From an uncultured Microthrixaceae bacterium (lineage in GTDB: Bacteria > Actinomycetota > Acidimicrobiia > Acidimicrobiales > VFJN01): a stretch of DNA of 64,000 nt. Made by a program: the position numbers and the translations under genes. The notes beneath the pieces are model-generated. The model was not told where the DNA came from and searched no databases. It was given only the letters and a program-made list of their open reading frames with translations. Location: contig OY970242.1 in NCBI GenBank assembly GCA_963715505.1, forward strand, positions 1,804,836 through 1,868,835, read 5' to 3'. Of the stretch, positions 26,048-34,030 are shown one piece after another (position 1 is the stretch's first letter; every line of letters starts with the position of its first letter).

Positions 26048-27208
26048 ATGGCGGTCCGAAGCGTCGACATCACAGGTCACCGGGTCGATCCCCCCGCCTG
26101 GGGAGGTGACGGCACCCCAGTCTGGATCTCGACTCGCCCGAACCTGCGCCGCATCCATGTCCTGGCTGGCGACGTCCTCGCCTCGCTGGGCAAGCGGCGG
26201 GATGTTGGCGGCCGCGGGCGAAACGAGAGCGAGGATGTCCGCCTCGCGGCCGCCTGGCTCAGCGCGCACCGCGTGAGCGACCTCGTCGTGCTCGACGCTC
26301 AGCGGCTCATGCCGCGCATCCTCCACAGCCTCACCAAGCTCGCAGCATCCGCGGGTGTGGACCTCTGGCTGCTCCACCGCCCACCGGTCACCGACGACGT
26401 GCATCGCGCTCTCGCCCGGCGCAGCGACGAGCCCGCAACCGTGGACTCCGTGCCCCGGCCGGCCGCCATCGTCGCTGACGCAGCCACCGCTGATCCCGAC
26501 GGTCCAGAGGCTCCCGACCACGATCTTCACAGCTTCGTGGAGGCGGTCCGCACAACGCTCTCTGACGAGGACGCAGCGATCGTGCTCGACAACTACGACG
26601 CTGCCGCGGAGTCAGCGACGCGGCGAATGGAATCGGAGACGAACGCAAGTGACGCGGTGACGGATGAGATCGTTCGTCTGCTGCGAAGCGCACCGAGGGA
26701 CGGAGAGCTGGTCAGCCGGCTCCGCGGCATCCAGCTCGCCGCGTGGCACTGCGACCTCCATGTCAGCGTTGACCTCCCCCAGCTGCGCAACAGCGAGGAA
26801 CGACCCCGCGTCTCCATCAAGCAGGCCGCATCGGTCCTCCTCTCCTATCGCCAGCCCTACCGAGCCGTCACCTGGCAGCTCGCCGCGCACAACATCGGCC
26901 TCGCGGACGCAGCGACCATCCCGATCCACGCCGCGGCAGCCGACGGCTCCACGATCGCGACCTCGGCAGGGGACGTAACCGTGGAGCCGACACTGCGACC
27001 GGCGGTACGTGCTCAGCGAGCCCTACGAGCGGACGCGTCACCCGACGAACCGCTGCTCAACCTCAGCGAGAAGACGCTGGGATACGCCCTAACCGATGCT
27101 GCCCTCGACCTCGGAGTACCCGCCCACGGCCGACTCGCCGAACGCCGCAGCCTCGCCCCGCACACCTGGCTCCGCAAGCTCGGCATCACCATCCGACCAC
27201 TGCCATGA
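26048..27208 (+). CDS. hypothetical protein in the TniQ/TnsD position
   Basis: 386 aa, tightly packed in the transposition operon (starts 1 nt after the preceding stop). No zinc-finger cysteines and no recognisable motif. Confidence 0.5.
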   Translation: MAVRSVDITGHRVDPPAWGGDGTPVWISTRPNLRRIHVLAGDVLASLGKRRDVGGRGRNESEDVRLAAAWLSAHRVSDLVVLDAQRLMPRILHSLTKLAASAGVDLWLLHRPPVTDDVHRALARRSDEPATVDSVPRPAAIVADAATADPDGPEAPDHDLHSFVEAVRTTLSDEDAAIVLDNYDAAAESATRRMESETNASDAVTDEIVRLLRSAPRDGELVSRLRGIQLAAWHCDLHVSVDLPQLRNSEERPRVSIKQAASVLLSYRQPYRAVTWQLAAHNIGLADAATIPIHAAAADGSTIATSAGDVTVEPTLRPAVRAQRALRADASPDEPLLNLSEKTLGYALTDAALDLGVPAHGRLAERRSLAPHTWLRKLGITIRPLP

Positions 27209-27717
27209 TCGATCCCGACGTCCTGCTCCAGCGCCGCACGCTGTGCGGACTCTCGCAGCGCAAGCTCGCCAAGCTCGCGGGCGTTCACTCCATGACGATC
27301 AAGCGCCTCGAGGACCGCTGCGACGGAGGCGACCTCCCCCTGCGCGTGCTTGGCCGCCTCGCAGACGCACTCCACATCGAGCCACGCGACCTCCTTCAGC
27401 GCCGATCCGCGACCGCTCCTCAGGTGCCACCGCCCCCAGCACTAGCGCTGGACAACGAACCACTCGACCACAATGCCGCCAAGCTGCTCCGGCGCATCCA
27501 CCGAGGCGAGGACGTCCGGCGCACCATGACGAGAGCCGAGCGCGAGATCATCCTCCCATCACTGGTACGACGCGGTGCGGTGACGATGACCTCGAAGGGC
27601 TGCGCCCTCGGCGACAGCGTGGCGAGGTCACTCGCCCTACCGGACACGCTCGTAGATACGGACGCTCACGCCTCAGCCCAGCCCAATGTCGGAGAGAGGT
27701 CCGGGTCTTCGCGATGA
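27205..27717 (+). CDS. XRE-family helix-turn-helix protein
   Basis: Shows LQRRTLCGLSQRKLAKLAGVHSMTIKRLE. The ATGA overlaps the upstream gene. The 3' end overlaps the convergent RT gene by 52 nt. Confidence 0.7.
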   Translation: MIDPDVLLQRRTLCGLSQRKLAKLAGVHSMTIKRLEDRCDGGDLPLRVLGRLADALHIEPRDLLQRRSATAPQVPPPPALALDNEPLDHNAAKLLRRIHRGEDVRRTMTRAEREIILPSLVRRGAVTMTSKGCALGDSVARSLALPDTLVDTDAHASAQPNVGERSGSSR

Positions 27718-29189
27718 AGCCGCTTCCAGTGCGCCGCCTTCTTCTTGTGGTCTGCTCGATGCTTGAAGCCACCGACGAACGACCGCCGCAACGTCAGATG
27801 GCCGGCGTCGAGCGCCGCATCAACCGCCCGCGATGGGTTCCAGTGCTCGGAACTTGCCCACGCCTTTGCTGCCATGGCACGAAGCGGGACATGCGACATG
27901 TCATTCGATGTCGCCAACCCGTAGAAGGTCGCTCCCACCTTCCGGCCGAGGTGGAGCTGCGAGGCCACGCGAGCCGCGTGCAACCGCCCTGCAAGAGCAC
28001 CACGGTCCCCATCCTCGGCGGATGCGCTCGCTGCGAGCCACTCGGGATCGATCTTCCTCCGAACGACGGAATCGTTGGCCGCTCCCACGAGCAGATCACC
28101 GGTGGCCTTCGGCGCCAGTCGCCACAGCTCCGGGTGCTCCATGACGAGCTCAGGGACGTCTCCGGGCATCGAGCTCCGGAGGCATGACATGGCGAAGGAG
28201 ATGACCGTGTCATCTCGAAGGTCGTCGTCAACATCGAGCTCCCACAGCAGCAGTTCACGCGCCTCGTCGGGATCGACTGGACCGACGGCACTCGCCGTGA
28301 TCGAGTCGATCGTGCTGTTCGCCACCACGTCCTCGGGAAACCCGCCGCCCTTGCTGTGGAAGCCGCACTTCGCCTCGTTGACGACGAGATGGAGCTCAGC
28401 CAGCCGATCCCGGTACTCCGCCAGCGCAGGCTCCCAGTCGACCTCATCGCGGAGGAACAACCAGGAGTCGTCGGTCCAGCGGACGAACCCCACGCGTCGC
28501 GAATCGAACACCGAGTCGGCCGGCAAGAGGTAGGCGTTGCCCAAGATTCCAGATCCCTCGAATCCGATCGGCAAACCCTTCACGCCCCCAAGAACTGGGA
28601 GAGCAGTCAGCATCCGAACGAGAGCATCGAGCGCGCGGGTTGGGGCCCTTACCAGCTGCGTTGCGAGAGTGTCGATGTCGACCGAGCCGTAGTAACTCGC
28701 GACGTCCATCGTCCCGACCCCGACGCAAGCGTCGACCGCTAGGAGCTCCCGGCCTTTCGCCCTCCGGACGCGCGCCGCCTTCCGGTGCTCGACGTAGGTC
28801 CATCCTTGGCCCGCCCTGGCGATCGGGTAGCTGTACACGTCGCTGCCAGCCAGACGGCGCGTCAGGGCGGCAACGCAGCGGCCGACGAGCACACGCATGG
28901 TGAGATCGTCGTAAGGGTCGAGCGAGGTGACAGCTCGAAGCCCGTGACGCTTCGGTAGGGGATACACCTCGACGCGGCGAGGGCACCGGTCGTCCGCGAT
29001 CCGCCGAGCGATGACGGCACGCGTCAAGGACTCGTCGAACGCAAGGTCATCGAAGCCGAGCGGATCGGGGATGTCCCGATCACACGCGTATGCCCGCGAC
29101 GCTCCCGCGGCGAGCTTCAGCTCGTTACGGGTCGGCGGCAGGCCACCATCAGGCCGTCCTGGGGCGAGAAGCTTGTTCGATCGGAGCAC
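27666..29189 (-). CDS. stand-alone reverse transcriptase with helical C-terminal extension (Abi/UG defence-associated type)
   Basis: RT motifs present: LPKRHGLRAVTSL (1/2), MDVASYYGSVD (A), GLPIGFEGSGILGNAYL (B), VRWTDDSWLF (C, YxDD-like) and LVVNEAKC (D/E). An about 200-aa alpha-helical tail follows. GTG start at 29189. Confidence 0.8.
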   Translation of the reverse strand: MLRSNKLLAPGRPDGGLPPTRNELKLAAGASRAYACDRDIPDPLGFDDLAFDESLTRAVIARRIADDRCPRRVEVYPLPKRHGLRAVTSLDPYDDLTMRVLVGRCVAALTRRLAGSDVYSYPIARAGQGWTYVEHRKAARVRRAKGRELLAVDACVGVGTMDVASYYGSVDIDTLATQLVRAPTRALDALVRMLTALPVLGGVKGLPIGFEGSGILGNAYLLPADSVFDSRRVGFVRWTDDSWLFLRDEVDWEPALAEYRDRLAELHLVVNEAKCGFHSKGGGFPEDVVANSTIDSITASAVGPVDPDEARELLLWELDVDDDLRDDTVISFAMSCLRSSMPGDVPELVMEHPELWRLAPKATGDLLVGAANDSVVRRKIDPEWLAASASAEDGDRGALAGRLHAARVASQLHLGRKVGATFYGLATSNDMSHVPLRAMAAKAWASSEHWNPSRAVDAALDAGHLTLRRSFVGGFKHRADHKKKAAHWKRLHREDPDLSPTLGWAEA

Positions 29190-29298
29190 CTACCTACGCA
29201 ACTCGGCCGAGCTGCGCTGCGGCCGGGGCGCTCGGCTGTCGAGTCGAGCCCAGAATGGGTATCTCGCTCAACTGGGACGATCCGTGCCGAGCCGGTCG

Positions 29299-29386
29299 CA
29301 ATGTCCACTGACCGAATCCAGGACATTGCTGACCGAAGCTTGGACATTGGAGGTGGAATCCCGGTGACATTCCGTGACCGTTCACA
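29299..29386 (-). repeat. transposon end (multi-site end) with two abutting 21-bp repeats
   Basis: Reading inward from 29386: TGTGAACGGTCACGGAATGTCACC, then CAATGTCCAAGCTTCGGTCAG (29349-29329), then CAATGTCCTGGATTCGGTCAG (29328-29308), then inverted TGGACATTG (29307-29299). Confidence 0.7.
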
Positions 29387-29391
29387 TCAGC
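29387..29391. repeat. target-site duplication TCAGC (right copy, contains the nrdJ stop codon)
   Basis: TCA at 29387-29389 is the reverse complement of the nrdJ TGA stop. Confidence 0.7.
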
Positions 29392-32302
29392 TGCAGCCGC
29401 TCGTGCTGCCGCAGCTGGGGCAGGCGTGGCAGGAGCCGGCGCGCTGCATCTGGACGCCGCACTGCATGCAGTAGGGGGCGTCGGCGTGGGTGCCCTTGGC
29501 GGGCTGGATCGCCGCGCTGGGCTTGGGCTCGGCCACCTGGTCGGTGACGCCGGCGCGCTCGAGGAGGCTGAGCTCCTTCGGCGCGTCGGGATCGGACAGC
29601 AGCGGCGAGCTGGCGTCGATGCTCGGCGGGTCGGGCACGATCTCGCCACCCTGGCGGGTCTCGGTGATCGTCTCCTCGACGCCGGGCAGCGTGGGCTGGG
29701 TGCGCTCCCCCGTCGTGAGGATGTTCAGCTCGGCCCGCTCCTCGTAGGAGAGGTAGTCGACCGCCAGGCGCCGGAAGATGTAGTCGAGGATCGAGCTGGC
29801 GATCCGCAGGTCCGGATCGTCGGTCATGCCGGCCGGCTCGAAGCGCGTGTTGGTGAGCGTCTCGACGTAGACCCGCAGAGGCACGCCGTACTGGAGGCCG
29901 TAGCTCACCGAGATGGCGAAGGCGTCCATGATGCCGGCGAGGGTGGAGCCCTGCTTGGAGATGCGCAGGAAGATCTCGCCGGGCCGGCCGTCGGCGAACT
30001 CGCCGACCGTGACGAAGCCCTTGCAGTCCGCGACCCGGAACTCGAAGGTGCGCGACGTGCGCCGACGCGGCAGCTTCTCGCGCGTCGGCACCTTGATGAC
30101 CTTCTCGACCACGCGCTCGACGATCTTCTCGACGACCTCGGTGGCGGCACCGACCTCGGCGGCAACGGCCTCGAGCGGCACGTCGGCGACGGCGCGCTTG
30201 GCGGTGGAGAGCGGCTGGGCGACCTTGCAGTTGTCGCGGTAGATGGCGATCGCCTTGACGCCCATCTTCCAGGCGTCGATGTGGAGCTGCTCGACCTCCT
30301 CGACCGTGGCGTCCTCCGGCATGTTCACGGTCTTGGAGATGGCACCGGAGATGAACGGCTGCACCGCCGCCATCATCCGGACGTGGCCCGTGTAGTGGAT
30401 CGTGTTGTCGCCCATCGAGCAGGCGAACACCGCGACGTGCTCGGCGGCGAGGTGCGGGGCGCCGAGGATCGACTTGTGCTCGTCGATGTAGGCGATGATC
30501 TCCGCCGACTGCTCGGGCGTGTAGCCGAGCCGCGCCAGCGCACGCGGCACCGTCTGGTTGACGATCTGCATGGTGCCGCCGCCGACGAGCTTCTTGACCT
30601 TGCAGAGCCCGAGGTCGGGCTCGATGCCCGTGGTGTCGCAGTCCATCATCAGCCCGATGGTGCCGGTGGGCGCCAGGACCGAGGCCTGCGAGTTGCGCAC
30701 GCCGACCTGCTCGGCCAGCTCGCAGGCCTCGTCCCAGCACTCCTGGGCGGCGCTGAGGAGCCCGGCGGGGACCAGCTCCTCGTCGATCTCGGCCGCCGCT
30801 GCCTGGTGCTGGCCGAGGACGCGCAGCATGTGCTCGCGGTTCTCCTCGTAGCCGGCGAAGGGCCCCATGCGCCCGGCCGTGCGGGCCGAGGTGGCATAGG
30901 CGTGGCCCGTCATGAGCGAGGTGATCGCCGCCGCGTAGGCGCGGCCGTCGTCGCTGTCGTAGGGCAGGCCCAGCGCCATCAGCATGGCGCCGAGGTTGGC
31001 GTAGCCGAGGCCGAGCTGGCGGAAGCGCCGCGAGGTGTCGCCGATCGACTCCGTCGGGTAGTCGGCACGGCCGACGAGGATCTCCTGGCCCGTGAACATG
31101 ATCTCCACCGCGTGGCGGAAGCCCTCGACGTCGAAGGAGTCGGTGGTGCCGGCGCCGACGTCGTCGGAGAGGTCGAGGAACTTCAGCAGGTTGAGGCTGG
31201 CCAGGTTGCACGCCGAGTTGTCGAGGTGCATGTACTCCGAGCACGGGTTGGAGCCGTTGATGCGGCCCGTGCTGGCCGCCGTGTGCCAGCGGTTGATCGT
31301 GGTGTCGTACTGCATGCCGGGGTCGGCGCACTCCCACGCCGCCTGCGAGAGCTGGCGCATGAGGTCGCGGGCCCGCACGGTGCGCACCACCGAGCCGTCC
31401 GTGACCGCACGCAGGGCCCAGTCGGCATCGTCGACGACCGCCTGCATGAACTCGTCGGTGACCCGCACCGAGTTGTTGGCGTTCTGGTACTGGACCGACG
31501 CCATGTCCTTGCCGTCGAGGCTCATGTCGAAGCCGGCCTCCTCGAGGACGCGGATCTTCTTCTCCTCGCGGGCCTTGACCCAGATGAACTCCTCCACGTC
31601 GGGGTGGTCGACGTTGAGGATGACCATCTTGGCGGCGCGACGCGTCTTGCCGCCCGACTTGATCGTGCCGGCCGAGGCGTCGGCGCCGCGCATGAAGCTG
31701 ACCGGGCCCGAGGCGGTGCCACCGCCCTTGAGCAGCTCGACGGAGGACCGGATGCGGCTCAGGTTGATGCCCGACCCCGAGCCGCCCTTGAAGATCGTGC
31801 CCTCCTCGACGTACCAGTTGAGGATGGAGTCCATCTGGTCCTCGACGGAGAGGATGAAGCACGCCGACGCCTGCTGGGGCACGCCGGGCACGCCGATGTT
31901 GAACCAAACCGGGCTGTTGAACGCCGCCTTCTGGGTGACGAGGAGGTGCTTGAGCTCGGCGTTGTAGGTGTCGGCCTCGCGCTCGTCGAGGAAGTAGCCG
32001 CCGTCGAGGCCCCACTGGGTGATGGTGTCGGCCACGCGGTCGATCACCTGGCGCAGCGAGGTCTCACGCTCGGCGGTGCCCGGCGTGCCGCGGAAGTACT
32101 TCTGGGCGACGATGTTGGTGGCGTTGAGCGACCACGAGGTCGGGAACTCGACGCCGAGCTGCTCGAAGGCGACCGAGCCGTCCTGGAAGTTGGTGATCCG
32201 CGCGTCGCGCCGCTCCCAGGACAGCTCGTCGTAGGGGTGCACGCCTTCGGTGGTGAAGTGGCGGCGGATGCCGATTCCGGCCTGCTCGGGTGCGAGTGCC
32301 AT
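29387..32302 (-). CDS. nrdJ: adenosylcobalamin-dependent (class II) ribonucleoside-diphosphate reductase
   Basis: Long match to NrdJ hallmarks: GSGSGINLSRIR, NPCSEYMHLDNSACNLASLNL, TIGLMMDCDTTGIEPD, and the C-terminal CMQCG...CHACPSCGSTSGCS. Start set at MALAPE (cat 32300-32302), 8 nt after AGGAGG. Confidence 0.95.
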   Translation of the reverse strand: MALAPEQAGIGIRRHFTTEGVHPYDELSWERRDARITNFQDGSVAFEQLGVEFPTSWSLNATNIVAQKYFRGTPGTAERETSLRQVIDRVADTITQWGLDGGYFLDEREADTYNAELKHLLVTQKAAFNSPVWFNIGVPGVPQQASACFILSVEDQMDSILNWYVEEGTIFKGGSGSGINLSRIRSSVELLKGGGTASGPVSFMRGADASAGTIKSGGKTRRAAKMVILNVDHPDVEEFIWVKAREEKKIRVLEEAGFDMSLDGKDMASVQYQNANNSVRVTDEFMQAVVDDADWALRAVTDGSVVRTVRARDLMRQLSQAAWECADPGMQYDTTINRWHTAASTGRINGSNPCSEYMHLDNSACNLASLNLLKFLDLSDDVGAGTTDSFDVEGFRHAVEIMFTGQEILVGRADYPTESIGDTSRRFRQLGLGYANLGAMLMALGLPYDSDDGRAYAAAITSLMTGHAYATSARTAGRMGPFAGYEENREHMLRVLGQHQAAAAEIDEELVPAGLLSAAQECWDEACELAEQVGVRNSQASVLAPTGTIGLMMDCDTTGIEPDLGLCKVKKLVGGGTMQIVNQTVPRALARLGYTPEQSAEIIAYIDEHKSILGAPHLAAEHVAVFACSMGDNTIHYTGHVRMMAAVQPFISGAISKTVNMPEDATVEEVEQLHIDAWKMGVKAIAIYRDNCKVAQPLSTAKRAVADVPLEAVAAEVGAATEVVEKIVERVVEKVIKVPTREKLPRRRTSRTFEFRVADCKGFVTVGEFADGRPGEIFLRISKQGSTLAGIMDAFAISVSYGLQYGVPLRVYVETLTNTRFEPAGMTDDPDLRIASSILDYIFRRLAVDYLSYEERAELNILTTGERTQPTLPGVEETITETRQGGEIVPDPPSIDASSPLLSDPDAPKELSLLERAGVTDQVAEPKPSAAIQPAKGTHADAPYCMQCGVQMQRAGSCHACPSCGSTSGCS

Positions 32303-32412
32303 GAGCGAGGACCCTCCTGTCGGGTGTGGTTCGAGGTGCGTGCTGTGCGGTGCGAGGGAGGACGGGGATCGGGCCCCCGTGCAGAACCTGGCGACCGGCC
32401 CGGGGAGGCCTG

Positions 32413-32428
32413 CCACTAGGTCTTGTGG
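32413..32428 (-). promoter_or_regulatory. NrdR-box-like palindrome CCACTAGGTCTTGTGG
   Basis: 16-bp near-palindrome upstream of nrdJ. nrdR is encoded in the window. Confidence 0.5.
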
Positions 32429-32454
32429 CTGCTCCGTCCTCCGACGCCCCCGAG

Positions 32455-32470
32455 CCACAAGATGTAGGGA
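32455..32470 (-). promoter_or_regulatory. second NrdR-box-like site CCACAAGATGTAGGGA
   Basis: Related half-palindrome 42 bp centre-to-centre from the first (about four helical turns). Confidence 0.45.
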
Positions 32471-32787
32471 GAACTACAGCACTGTAACTACAGGTGTGTC
32501 AACGCCCTACGGGAGATTCTTTTTCGGTGCGGGACCGCGGCGCGCCCTCCCAGGTCAGAGAGCCCTCCGCCGGGGACGCCACGCGGCGCGCCCCCGGCTC
32601 TGATCCCCCAAGGAGTCGTCCAGCCCACCACAGACGTGAAGCGACTACCACCGTTCCGGTCAGCCCACGCCGCGGCCCCATGCACGGTTCCGCAACCTAC
32701 GAAGGCTCGCTTGTGGACCGCTAGAGGTACTTCCTGTGAATTGCAGGTGGATTTCTCGCTCCGCCCTCCACAGGGGTGGGGACGGCG

Positions 32788-33369
32788 CTACTGGGCGACG
32801 GCCTCGGCCTCGATGTCGATGCGGACCTGCTTGCCCACCAGGACGCCGCCCGCCTCGAGCGCCTGGTTCCAGGTGAGGCCGAACGCCTCGCGGTCGACCT
32901 CGGCGTGCGCGGTGAAGCCGATCCGCGCGCTGCCCCACGGGTCGGTGGCCCCGCCTTCGAAGCCCACCTCGAGGGGGACCGGCAGCGTGACGTCGCGCAC
33001 GGTGAGCTCGCCGTCGACCTGCCAGCGACCCTCCCCGAGCGGCCTGACGCCGGTCGAGCGGTAGGTGAGCGTCGGGTAGGCGTCGGCATCGAAGAAGTCC
33101 GCCGAGCGCAGATGAGCGTCGCGGGTCTCGTCGCGCGTGTCGACCGAGGCGGCCCGGATCTCCACGTCGACCCGCGAGTCGGTGGGGTCCTCGCCGATGA
33201 CGATGGTCGCGCTCACGTCGCCGAAGCGGCCCTTGGTCTTGGAGACCATGAGGTGCCGGACGCTGAACCCCACGCTGCTGTGGGACGGGTCCAGCACGTA
33301 CGTGCCGGCGAGGGGCACCGCCACGCCGTCGGCGGTGCGGGTGTGCTGTGCGTGCTCGGTCGTGCTCAT
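32788..33369 (-). CDS. YceI family protein
   Basis: Shows YVLDPSHSSVGFSVRHLMVSKTKGRF...DTRDETRDAHLRSADFFDADAYPTLTY...GELTVRDVTLPV. Start at MSTTEH (cat 33367-33369). Paralogue of the gene at 568-1134. Confidence 0.85.
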   Translation of the reverse strand: MSTTEHAQHTRTADGVAVPLAGTYVLDPSHSSVGFSVRHLMVSKTKGRFGDVSATIVIGEDPTDSRVDVEIRAASVDTRDETRDAHLRSADFFDADAYPTLTYRSTGVRPLGEGRWQVDGELTVRDVTLPVPLEVGFEGGATDPWGSARIGFTAHAEVDREAFGLTWNQALEAGGVLVGKQVRIDIEAEAVAQ

Positions 33370-33484
33370 GGGGGTCGCTCCTGGGTGGCTGCCCGCTGGG
33401 TGATTGCGAACAGAATGGTTTCGGATGCAACGAACTCTAGGGCAAGATCGTTGCACGCGCAACAGACGCGGGTACCATCCGCGC

Positions 33485-33985
33485 ATGGGCCGTCCCCCTG
33501 CCACCTCCGCGCTCGAGGACCTGGAACACCCCCTGCTCACCACCGGGGGCCTGCTCGTCGAGTCGCACGCGGGGCTGTCGCTGCGCGCCGAGCGCCGCCT
33601 CGGCGCCGAGACGGGCCTGACGGCGCAGTGGTTCGAGGTGCTGCTGCGCCTGGTGCGCTCGCCCGGGCGGCGACTTCGCATGAGCGACCTCGCCGCCCAG
33701 ACGACGCTCTCGGCCAGCGGGCTGACCCGAGTCGTCGACCGCCTCGAGGACGCCGGCCTGGTGCGGCGCGAGGCCTGCCCGTCGGACCGGCGCGGCGCCT
33801 TCGCCGCCCTCACCGAGGAGGGCGAGACCCGCATCCTCCAGGCGGTGCCGCTCCACGTCGCCCACCTCGTGGAGATCTTCCAGCCCGTCTTCACGCCGGC
33901 CGAGCTCGAGACGTTCGCCAGCCTCCTGCGACGGCTCCGTGACGCGCTCAACCCCGACGCAGCGCGCGTCAGCCAGCCCGACTGA
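33485..33985 (+). CDS. MarR family transcriptional regulator
   Basis: Winged-HTH region FEVLLRLVRSPGRRLRMSDLAAQTTLSASGLTRVVDRLEDAGLVRREACPSDRRG. Divergent from the YceI gene. Confidence 0.85.
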   Translation: MGRPPATSALEDLEHPLLTTGGLLVESHAGLSLRAERRLGAETGLTAQWFEVLLRLVRSPGRRLRMSDLAAQTTLSASGLTRVVDRLEDAGLVRREACPSDRRGAFAALTEEGETRILQAVPLHVAHLVEIFQPVFTPAELETFASLLRRLRDALNPDAARVSQPD

Positions 33986-34030
33986 GGGTCGCGCCGCACC
34001 CCGACGGCGCCGTGGTGGTGGCGCGCCGCG

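Larger units (their letters stand above)
9624..29386. mobile_element. Tn7-like (TnsB/Mu-type DDE) transposon, 19,763 bp, carrying defence cargo
   Basis: TGTGAACGGTCA terminal inverted repeats, subterminal CAATGTCC-type repeats, and a 5-bp TSD. An internal nuclease/DDE transposase/AAA+ operon is present. Base composition is visibly more AT-rich than the flanks. Confidence 0.75.

Noticed and set aside
27666-27717. 52-nt convergent overlap of the XRE gene and RT gene as a regulatory antisense feature
   Set aside because: It may simply reflect an unconserved XRE C-terminal tail or an indel. There is no independent evidence, so I noted it only in the feature evidence.
29190-29298. Retron msr/msd ncRNA upstream of the reverse transcriptase
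   Set aside because: The RT lacks the retron-type features I would expect and has a long helical C-terminal domain instead. The upstream spacer is only about 110 nt before the transposon-end repeats. Some local palindromes exist (GCCGAGC...GCTCGGC), but nothing resembles the a1/a2 repeats.
29426-32419. 997-aa plus-strand ORF and other ORFs overlapping nrdJ
   Set aside because: Antisense to a full-length, motif-rich NrdJ. No independent coding evidence.
32303-32760. Cobalamin riboswitch upstream of nrdJ
   Set aside because: I could not find a B12-box-like core or the expected multi-stem architecture. The NrdR-type palindromes explain the conserved-looking elements better. A covariance-model scan (Rfam cobalamin) would be decisive.
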